DNA of 62,899 bases, counting the filler, from Stramenopiles sp. TOSAG23-6 (lineage: Eukaryota), in the NCBI GenBank assembly GCA_900128565.1. It is 10 parts of 10 records of this genome, joined end to end, with 100 filler letters (N's around TTAATTAATTAA, not from the genome) between each part and the next. Parts side by side here need not be neighbours in the genome. Positions count along the whole stretch, not along the records: positions 34,005 to 42,379 come from LT636457.1; positions 42,480 to 50,852 come from LT636458.1; 8 more parts are not named here. One strand, 5' to 3'. Positions 34,020 to 43,839 of the stretch are shown here, in pieces (positions within the stretch are counted from its first letter, which is position 1; each line of letters starts with the position of its first letter). The notes under the pieces were generated by a model, which did not search any database, was not told where the DNA came from, and saw nothing but the letters and a program-made list of their open reading frames with translations. A program made the position numbers and the translations under genes.

Positions 34020-35773
34020 AAGGCAGTGTCCAGCTGTACATGTACGGCATTTACTGCTGCAGTATAACCATGTAGGTAGCGTCTACCCTTAAAACGGATA
34101 ATATCATTCATATTGGGAAAATATGTCTAAATTGAATTCAGATTAGTAATAAAATTATGTATAAAAAAAAATCCTAATTCAAACTTAGAAACTTACCCCA
34201 TGTTCATTTAAAACGTTCGCCATGTTTGTAAAAACACCAAAGTACTTGAAAAATGACTTTTTCGAAGTACGGTGTTGGAGAGCCTGTCTCTTCACATCCT
34301 TCCGATCATTTTCCAAGGCACGACGAATATCACTATCTGGATTTGATAGTGCTTGTAACGCTATTTTGCTGTTGTTACAAAACGTACTTCTGAAGTCCTC
34401 CAAACTAATGTATTGTGAAAATTAATTAATTAAAAAAACGAAATTTTCGTTAGGTACGAATTTTACTATAAAAAAATTATTAAAAAAAAAACTTGATTTT
34501 TTTTTTAAATTAAAAAAAAAAGTTGAAAAATAAAAAAAAACTTACTGATAAACAAATACGACTTGATCAAAATCTAAGAGTAGGTCACTGCCGTCTGGAG
34601 ATGGTACATAGAGTATGACTCCTTTAGAGCAGTCCATGATATCATCCATGATGTTCGTATCATACACACTGATTACATGTAGCTTTAAAAAATAGAAAAA
34701 AATATAAAAATTAGAATTAGGTATAAAAAATAAAAAAAAAAGTTATTTGAAAGTTGTGATAAAACTTACTTCATTAGGTGTTACACCCGTATCAGCTAGT
34801 ATTCTATCACCAGACAATTCGGGGCAACTACTGAAAGCTATCGTCTTTTTCCCGCGTGACGTTTCCTGGTCTCCGTCCCTCTCCACTAGCACTCTTTTAT
34901 ACTTGGCGCTTTTTATCAAAAAATTTTTTTTTTCCTTGGACATCCTATCGAGATTTTTTTTTTGGTCAAAAGCGGGGAGTTCGTTATACTCTATCGTCTG
35001 TTCAGGTATATTTTTAACCCTAACCCTAACCCTGAAATGTGAGTTTTTTAAAATTATTTCTGTATTTAGTTAGGAAAAGAGTCACTATAACCAAAAGAAA
35101 GAAAAATCAAAAAAAAAATCAAAAAAAAAAAAAAGTTAAACATTTTTTTTTGGTTAGGTACAAATTTTACTATAAAAAAATAAAAAAAAAATGAAACGTA
35201 CTTTTTTTCTAACGTAGTTTTTGCAGTACTATTTTCGAATATAGAGTTGGTGTTGGACACCAATTTCTCTAATTCTACTTTGGATATTTCTCCGTTTAGT
35301 ACTTTTTTGACGTGTTGATCTTCTCCACCTTTTTTGGTTTTTTTGGCGCGAGCCCGTTGTCGCGTTCTTTTTCTGTTTACTTCCTTCCTATTCTCTTTTT
35401 TTTCTTTTTTTCTTTTCCTTTTTCTTTTTCTTTTAATTGGCCACTTTTTTTTTTCAATTGAGCTGCGCCAATTTTCCGCAACCGAGACAGCCTCTGTGGC
35501 TGCTGTTTTGGCTTTTCCTAGAGCTATAGAATAGTCAGGATGACTTGAGTGTAAAGTCGAGCATGTGAGGCACATGCTTGACTCTACCCTCAAGTCATCT
35601 AGACAATCTATTATCCAGGATTCATTTTCGCCCACAGCTTGGACTCTAACCGCGTCGGTTTTTAACACTTTTGTGCAATTCTGCAACTGAAAAAAATCGT
35701 TGCAGAATACACCATATTTTGCGGATCCAGCTGCATTCCAACAGCATGGACATGGAAGCGAGGAGACATTCAT
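34020..35773 (-). CDS. Multi-exon hypothetical protein, 3'-partial; introns about 35201-35032 (AG), 34771-~34680, 34545-34408 (AT), 34196-~34127 (AG)
   Basis: Frames join across AT-rich introns; no recognisable domain. Confidence 0.55.
34408..34545 (-). other. GT..AT intron with GTAAGT donor (138 nt)
   Basis: tat ca|gtaagt...ttcgtacctaac...cacaatacat|t agt ttg, phase 2. Confidence 0.7.
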
Positions 35774-35929
35774 TTTATAATTATTAATAAGTGGTAGAGT
35801 TGTTGGAGAGAGAAAGAGAGAGAGAGAGAGAGGAGCATACCCATCAAACTTCGCGTTTGCCAATTTTGAAATTAACGGTCCAATTTAATNAAATAACTGC
35901 CATCGAATTTATCGAATAATTTTTGTTAG

Positions 35930-36199
35930 AGCTGCTCCTCCTCCTCACAAACAACAAAATCACGCACACACCTAGTCGAGTAATGGACCACCTCGGTGGC
36001 ATTCCATGAGCTCGCCGCAGAATTTCTGTGGGACTCTTCGGAGTCCGTGCTGTGCGTGATTCGCTGTGTGGTCACACACACACCTAGTCGAGTAATGGAC
36101 CACCTCGGTGGCATTCCATGAGCTCGCCACAGAATTTCTGTGGGACTCTTCGGAGTCCGTGCTGTGTGTGACTCACAGTGCGTTTTTTGAGGAGCAGCT
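35930..36199 (+). repeat. Two 112-bp-period structured units (35960-36059, 36072-36171) inside an 11-bp inverted repeat; candidate ncRNA
   Basis: GGACTC-TTCG-GAGTCC hairpin, AATTTCTG, closing stem with a compensatory change; outer AGCTGCTCCTC/GAGGAGCAGCT. Confidence 0.8.
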
Positions 36200-36293
36200 T
36201 CTTCCAAGGGTGCTATTTCCCTAGAACATCGAACGTAAACATGAAAACACAATTGTCAAATGTTCCTATTTTAATTGCACATCCGATAATTTA

Positions 36294-37187
36294 TTGTGTT
36301 TATACAATGTGAAACGAAAACAAGGTGGAAAACATGTAGAGCTTCAAGGACATCGTGCTGGCGTTCGAGCTATTGCTCTTAGTCGAGACAACAGTATGGT
36401 TATGATGCCTTCGAAACAAACGACAAAAATTTGGCGCATTCGCTATGGTGGAACAGGAGAAGACTTGAATCTTCAATGTATTTGTACATTCGATTCAGGT
36501 TATGGCATTTGTCGTTCCTTTGTACAGGGTGATCAACATGCGGTTGTAGGTACAAAGGAGGGAGAATTGAAGTTGTTTTCTTTGGGATCTGGGGACTGTA
36601 TTTTCTCAACTGATGCTCATGAAGGATCAATTTGGTCGTTAGCGATGAGACCTGATAAAACTGGGTTTGCTACTGGAAGTGCTGATAAGACTGTTAAATT
36701 TTGGGAATTTGACGTTGATGATGATGAAAATTTAACAATTGTTCATACTCGAACATTAAAAATGACAGATGAAGTCATGTGCTTAAAATATTCGCATGCA
36801 AAAGAGGCGGAAAAATTATTGATAGCAATTGCTCTTTTAGATTGTACTGTCAAAGTTTTCTATGAAGATACTCTAAAATTCTCTCTTTCTCTGTATGGTC
36901 ATAAACTTCCCGTTATGTCTCTTGATATCTCATCTGATGATACAGTTATCACCACTGCATCTGCAGACAAAAATGTAAACCTTTGGGTAGTAAATTTTGA
37001 TGAAATTACTTCAACAGATGCAAAATGCGTCGGAATTGACAAAGATGAGAAGAAATGGACTACAAACCAAATTTGGACACTTTCTGAATCTTTAATCGAA
37101 TTAATTAATGCCCTATTTGATTTTGATGAAGCTAGTCGTGTTATAAAATTTGTTATTGTCAGTAATAATCGAGTTTCATCTACTTAG
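36294..37187 (+). pseudogene. Internal fragment of UTP12/DIP2/WDR3 WD40 protein
   Basis: LKFSLSLYGHKLPVMSLDISSD...SADKNV matches DIP2; no N-terminal half and similarity ends abruptly. Confidence 0.7.
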
Positions 37188-37606
37188 CTCGTGATTTTAC
37201 TACAGTTCCAGAAGTTATTTTAATTTTAGATGGCATCGCTAAAGTATCCAAACATGCTTTATTAATTGGATAAATTCGACTATTGTCGCGTGATGTTTTG
37301 ATTTTTTTTCTTTTTTTGAGGATTTTATCATAGAGTATTTAATATTGTACTTTTGTATTTATATACCTTGAAATTGTTTTGTATATACTCATTCTTGCAA
37401 CTATTGATTTTATTATTAATAGATTAGTAGTATATTTTGGTAAATAACTTTTTTTCATCATGATTGTATTATATTTCAAAAAATACAAAACACAATAATT
37501 ATACATATATTTAAAAATTATTCAATACAATATAAGTTTATTGTGGGAGGTTGTCCAAAACATCACTCGATAGTAGATGTATAATTTTTCAAATGAAATC
37601 CCAGTA

Positions 37607-39022
37607 TTAATATTGTATCAACTTCCCAACGGGAAACTTCCCAACTTTCCATGTCGAAAAATACATTCCACTAACAAAACCACCACCAAAAGAATGTCCT
37701 CCATAATGATTTCCACCATTAGAATAAACTGCATTAGAACAACTTACAGCATCAAAACTTGAAATATTTGATTTTCCACTGACAAATAATGAATCAACAA
37801 AACGTCGTTTTTTAGCATCAAAACTTGAAATATTTGATTTTCGGCTGACAAATAATGAATCAGCAGGTGTAGTATACTGATGTTTTCGTTTTTTACCACT
37901 TTGTGTTTTCACAGTAGATTTATTTTTTGAATGTATTTTCTGCTTTTTCCACGTCTTTGCAACTTTCTTGTATACCTCTACAACATCTTTGAAATTAAGT
38001 AGTTTTTCTTTAGAGAATTTGTAAAGAGAAGAAATCCTTTTGCACATATTATCTTTATCAAAATCCTCCAAATTGGTATTGTTTGACAAACTCTGACTAC
38101 ACAAATTCACTTTTACATTCACTTTTACAACATCACTGCTGTCGTTCATTGATTTCTTACTGGAGTTGTAACATTCTTCAACATACAATATAAATTCATT
38201 CTCATCAATACCAAGTTTATCCGCACGGCGAAATTGATCTTTAACACGATTACCAATTGAGTTTTGTACTTGGCTAGACTTTCGATAAAATGGTTGCTTT
38301 GCAGCATCATCAAAAACACTTCGAAGTTTCTTCAAAGCAGCACATTGAGACATTTTTTCAACACCGCTGAAATATTTCACACTGTTTAGGTCTGTGAACG
38401 CATCAATAATACTTTTATGTCTTGGTGCATCATATTTCGGATTATTAGAAGGATCGAAAGGCAAACGCGATCTGTCAGATTTCATAAATGTGTCTGTCAG
38501 CTTTGTGTAAGTGAAAGTCTCGTTTAACTCTTTAGAATTGTGTTCGAATTTAGCAACTATCGATAACAAGCCATATCGACGGTACATTGACAGTGTTAAA
38601 CTACGAGGAAAGAATTCGGTTAATTCATCCGGCGTTATCTCATCAGCCATACAAAACGAATCATCTTCTACCGTTCGAAGCCTCTCCAGTGGTGGTAACA
38701 ACTGACGCTCTTGCGAATCCTTGCGCGCATTAGTGAACAAACCAAGTTTACAACTTCTTATAATACGTCCGCGAATGAATAGTTCCTGTTCATCTACATA
38801 GCCTGGAGATCCTCTCGCTATTGAAGGGTCTAATGATAACTGAATGAAATCAGTTTTCCTCACACTTTTCTTCAAGTTAGTCAATAACCATTCTGTTTGA
38901 GCACTTCTTTCTTCCCACATTTTGAACGATGCAAAAAACATGTCTCCACGCTCTGCCGGTGTCGGTTTTCTTTCATATTTACGCTTGAACCATTTGATAC
39001 ACTTATCGTAATGTTTACCCAT
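37607..39022 (-). CDS. Intronless hypothetical protein
   Basis: ~470-aa ORF with duplicated DSLFVSxKSNISSFDA. Confidence 0.6.
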   Translation of the reverse strand: MGKHYDKCIKWFKRKYERKPTPAERGDMFFASFKMWEERSAQTEWLLTNLKKSVRKTDFIQLSLDPSIARGSPGYVDEQELFIRGRIIRSCKLGLFTNARKDSQERQLLPPLERLRTVEDDSFCMADEITPDELTEFFPRSLTLSMYRRYGLLSIVAKFEHNSKELNETFTYTKLTDTFMKSDRSRLPFDPSNNPKYDAPRHKSIIDAFTDLNSVKYFSGVEKMSQCAALKKLRSVFDDAAKQPFYRKSSQVQNSIGNRVKDQFRRADKLGIDENEFILYVEECYNSSKKSMNDSSDVVKVNVKVNLCSQSLSNNTNLEDFDKDNMCKRISSLYKFSKEKLLNFKDVVEVYKKVAKTWKKQKIHSKNKSTVKTQSGKKRKHQYTTPADSLFVSRKSNISSFDAKKRRFVDSLFVSGKSNISSFDAVSCSNAVYSNGGNHYGGHSFGGGFVSGMYFSTWKVGKFPVGKLIQY

Positions 39023-39410
39023 TTTTAAGAAACTAAATTTACAGGGAATCCCCCGTAAATGTTTCCCCTTTTTCTTAATTAATGCGTGTTGTATAGGGAA
39101 TAGGAGACAAGACAAGACAAGACAAGACTAGTATACGATACAGAGAAACTTGAGACACAGTTGAGAAAAAACACGAAATTATTAAATTTAAATTGTATCG
39201 GGCGGTTAATTATTCATTATCATGAAATTAAACGGTCGATTTGAGAACACGAACTCTATGAGTCTACGCTATCAAATCAAATATTGGTTTTTGTCAGGCT
39301 GATTCAGTCATATTATGATTGATTGTTTTGTTTGTTTTGTTTGTTTTCTTAATAAAATACTATTAAAGTAAAAAGTCTTCTATTATATCTTAAATTGTTT
39401 TAAAATTAAA

Positions 39411-42379
39411 ATGCCTTCATTTATTCCAACAACGACGCTACCACCTGTAGAAGGTGAGCAAAAGACGTCGGAAGAATCGTTGTGTATTGCTTCGAGGAAT
39501 GGTCCTGAAGTTGTACAACTTATCGCTGCTGGTGCTGACATCAGCGTGTTCTCAGTGGGAGAAAAAAACGACGCATTACGTATTGCTTCGAGGAATGGTG
39601 ATGTTGAAGTAGTTGAACGACTTATCGTGGCAGGTGCTAACATCAGTGTCTTATCAGATGACGGAAGATACAAAGCATTCTGTATTGCTTTGAGTAAGTG
39701 TCATGTTGAAGTAGTTAAACGACTTCTCGAGGCTGGTGTTGATTTCGATCGGTTTGATGGACTCGGATATACAGCCGGATATACACCATTGTATTTTGCT
39801 TCATTGTATGGTCATGTTGAAGTAGTTGAACGACTTATCGCTGCTGGTGTTGATGTCAATCTGGCTGATACAGCCGGAGATACCCCATTGGTTATTGCTT
39901 TAAGGTATCGTAATGAGAAAGTAGTTCAACTACTTATCGCTGCTGGTGCTGACATCAGCATGTTGTCCACTGATGAAAAAAACGACGCATTCCATTTTGC
40001 TTCGAAGAATGGTCGTGTTGGAGTAGTTGAACGACTTATCGCTGCTGGTGTTGATGTCAATCTGGCTAATAAAGCCGGATATACCCCATTGGTTATTGCT
40101 TTAAGGTATCGTAATGAGAAAGTAGTTCAACTACTTATCGCTGCTGGTGCTGACATCAGCATGTTGNCNACNGANCAAAAAAACGACGCATTCCATTTTG
40201 CTTCGAAGAATGGTCTTGAAGAAGTAGCTCAAAGACTTCTCGATACTTCTCGTCGAGGCACAAAACGACGTGCTTCAGTATCTATCGATGTTGATGTTGA
40301 TGTCGCTTCAGCATCTAACAATGTTGATGTTGATGTAAGTTTCATATGTCAACTTTTTTCAACTTTTTTTCAACTTTTTTTAATAATTTTTTTTCAACTT
40401 TTTTTTCATAATTTTTTTTGTAGTTGATTTTGCACCTGACAAAAAAACATTTTGATATTTTTCACAAAACATAAACGTCAAAAACATACTAGTTCCATGA
40501 CGAAAGATAATCTTGAAGTATGTTTTACTTTTTTTCAAATTCGAATTTTATTTTGTAGAGTATACGTCTTTGTTTTATTCATTTTATTCTCATAAAAATT
40601 AAGTCTTTTTAATTTTTTTTTCATACTTTTTTTTCATACGAAATTTTGTACCTAACCTTAATTTAAAAAAAAAACTAACAAATTTTGAATTTGAAATAAT
40701 GTTTCACAATCAATGATTTAATCAATGATTTGTTTCCAAAGAATGATGTTTCTGATGAACAGCGTACGTTTCTTTTATTTTTTATTCAATTGAAACATCT
40801 AAACTTTGTTTCATTATTTTTACTAATATGTGGAATTTTTAATTTATTTCACAAAAAGTAGGTAAAATCTTTATGGAAGGTCGAAAAAGATTTCATGAAT
40901 TTCTTGGATTGAACAACGATTCTCAATTTTGGCTATTGCATCATATGACTCCATGGAAGAATATGATCAATGCTAACAATGAGCATGGAGTGTATGTTTC
41001 TTTTTTTAACTTTTGTGTCTTGAACTTGATTACTTGTAACTAATTTTTCAAATGTATACTATTTTATCATTTTTGTACAATACAGTAATGGAAATGGAAT
41101 CCTAAATGATCTAATGATATGTATGAGTGATCGCCATGAAAGTGGCACTCTCAAGACATGGGCAGCGCCACTGCACAGTGGGCATCATATCTACAAACAC
41201 ATTCAAAAACACCATAAGCAAAAAATGGTTGATTCGCATGGTTTTGTCGCGATAATACCAATTGCGACTGGTTCTTATGATGGGGCCAGAGCTGTAGTAT
41301 TTAATAATTGGCTCAAAAAGGTACTTTGCTCTATATTTTTATTTTCCCTGTATTTTTTTTATTGCATTGTTTTTGTTTTTGATTTTGTACTTATATTTAC
41401 AATTTGGATATCATTTTAAACAATACAGGTTGGTGCACACCAATTTCGTTATGATTTACGAATTGATGGTAATCGATTCTTCATCGTGCATCAATCTGAA
41501 ATCGAAAAGTAAGTAATCAACAATTTTTCTCTAATTTCTCCAAAAAAAAATTTCGATTTTTTTTCCAATCCTAACCCAAATATTTTTTCTTCTATTAATA
41601 TTATTTATATTTGTAAATGTTTGAAAGTGAATATATTACTTTTTATGGAAATTATTATTTATTCATCACATTATACTAAAATCAATCGATTTTTTTATAA
41701 TTTTCACCACAGATTGAAAGAAAAAGCTGTCCTTCATTTGAAGAAGACTGGTGAATCTAATGATTTCATAAAGCGATATATGAATGAAGATTTTTACACC
41801 CAGTGTAGAATCCAAGGATGTTCAAAACGAAGACGGTATGGTACTGATATTCCACATTGTACGGAACATGGAGGTGGTCGTCGTTGTTTAGAATGTGGCA
41901 AAGCCGCTCAATGGCCCACAGGTACTTTTAATTTTTTTTTTATTTTTTTTCATCATGAATTTAATTCCAAAATGTATTCAACTCAGTAACACAAATATTT
42001 GAAATGTATCACAATTTATAGATTATTGTATTGGATGTGGCGGTGGTCGTCGTTGTAAAACTCCAAACTGTACAAAATCCGCTGTAGGAAGTACAGGTAC
42101 TTTTAATTTTTTTTTTATTTTTTTTCATCATGAATTTAATTCCAAAATGTATTCAACTCAGTAACACAAATATTTGAAATGTATCACAATTTATAGATTA
42201 TTGTATTGGATGTGGCGGTGGTCGTCGTTGTAAAACTCCAAACTGTACAAAATCCGCTGTAGGAAGTACAGGTACTTTTAATTTTTTTTTTATTTTTTTT
42301 CATCATGAATTTAATTCCAAAATGTATTCAACTCAGTAACACAAATATTTGAAATGTATCACAATTTATAGATTATTGT
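39411..42379 (+). CDS. Multi-exon ankyrin-repeat protein with C-terminal WRKY19-like zinc-finger repeats, 3'-partial
   Basis: Ankyrin exon 39411-40334, then small exons (KRQKH..., DLIND..., RKIFME..., VGAHQF...) to CTEHGGGRRC and repeated YCIGCGGGRRCKTPNCTKSA. Confidence 0.7.
40335..40472 (+). other. Degenerate GT..AT intron (138 nt)
   Basis: gat|gtaagt...cacctgac...ttcacaaaacat|aaa cgt caa. Confidence 0.6.
40518..40714 (+). other. Double-length GT..AT intron (197 nt)
   Basis: gaa|gtatgt...core motif...tcacaatcaat|gat tta atc. Confidence 0.55.
41922..42379 (+). repeat. 175-bp tandem unit: 100-nt GT-AG intron plus 75-nt zinc-finger exon
   Basis: Units start at 41922, 42097 and 42272 and look identical; array runs off the contig. 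Confidence 0.9.
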
Positions 42380-42548
42380 NNNNNNNNNNNNNNNNNNNNN
42401 NNNNNNNNNNNNNNNNNNNNNNNTTAATTAATTAANNNNNNNNNNNNNNNNNNNNNNNNNNNNNNNNNNNNNNNNNNNNCATATACAATTGAATACGATT
42501 TATACCTAACAAAAAAAAAAAAATTTAAAATTCATGATGAAACCATAC

Positions 42549-43619
42549 ATGAGAGGGATGCGTGGACGCCCAATCTGGAACACCCTCACCGACAACATTT
42601 CGAAATCGCGACCAAAGCTTATACCCAGCATGTGGATTAAAACATGCAGCAGATGCAAGCATTAACCCAACATAATCAGCTTCTTTCTCTAGCTTCCTAC
42701 TATAGGGAGCTTCTGTTAAAACATTTTCTAGCTGTTTTTCTAATTGGTTAATCACTGATGCAAAATAAAAATCAGGCACAAGCAGCCAAATCGAAGTGAC
42801 TATCACGGCTGTAAAGCAATTAAATACATTCTGCATACTCATCTTTTCTCCAGCATGGCGCATGAGTGCGTGTGAAATTTCATGACCAAGTAAACAAGCT
42901 AGCATTTCGTCAGATTTTCCAACTAAATTCAGCATGTTTTTATGAACAAAAATAGTACCATCTGGTAAAACAAACGCATTCGTATTTCCATCATTTACAA
43001 TGTAACATGACCAATTCATATTGTTTATATTCACTCTTGGATCATCTCCAAACACAGATGATGCTCGACTCAAAAGACGTCTTACTATAGCGACTACTCT
43101 TTGATGCTCTCTGGAGTGATGATGCATTATACTTGCATTTTCATCTTGTTTCACTTGTTCTAAAATGTTTGCGGTGCAAGCACGTGCAAGCTTGTGTTCG
43201 TCAGCTTCACTAGTAACCAGAAAACGATATCTACCTGTCAAGGGCGCGCGTTCTACATGCCAAAGATAGTATATGCAACCAAAACTTATTATTCCGATAC
43301 CAGTGTATGCACCTCTAGTTTTATACACTTTTTGCCGAGACTTTGGGAGCTTAAGAAGTATTTTTCGACCTAGCCTACCTGCTATAAAGGCCCCAGATCG
43401 TACAATAAAAGGATTGAGCTCAGCTTTAGGAGTACACCGAAACGTACGGCGGGAATAAAACTGACCAGCTGAGATGTTCAGTTTCAGCATACTACCACTG
43501 TTGCGTAAATAATTTGGTGCAGATGAGATACACAATCTCAATGTTCTATTGGTGATTGGCCTCATAGTAAAACCTTCTTGTCGTAAATGTAGATTGGAAA
43601 TTTGTATACATCTAAACAT
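42549..43619 (-). CDS. OMA1: OMA1-like M48 metallopeptidase, 3'-partial
   Basis: NAFVLPDG, LGHEISHAL, YSRKLEKEADYVG, STHPSH. Confidence 0.85.
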
Positions 43620-43839
43620 TCCTTCAGTTGAATATATATTCACTGAAAATTTTACTGATTCCGATGTATCTCGACAACTTTTAGTCTTTTACAAAAACAG
43701 TAAATATCATCGCTTGTAGAGTATCGAGAGGATCTTGTCGACTTGACCGGTGTTACCGGGTATCATATTCTGCTATAATTGCCGACTTACCTTTTTTTAT
43801 ACCTTAGTACCTCAATAAGAAGACTGTGTTTCACGCGAA

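Noticed and set aside
35016-35033. Telomere (CCCTAA/TTAGGG runs here and near 25920, 30543, 45344, 46350)
   Set aside because: Only two to three units, internal, some within coding sequence.
35960-36171. Hammerhead or HDV ribozyme, tRNA, or C/D snoRNA
   Set aside because: No CUGANGA core, HDV L3, T-arm or C/D boxes found by eye on either strand.
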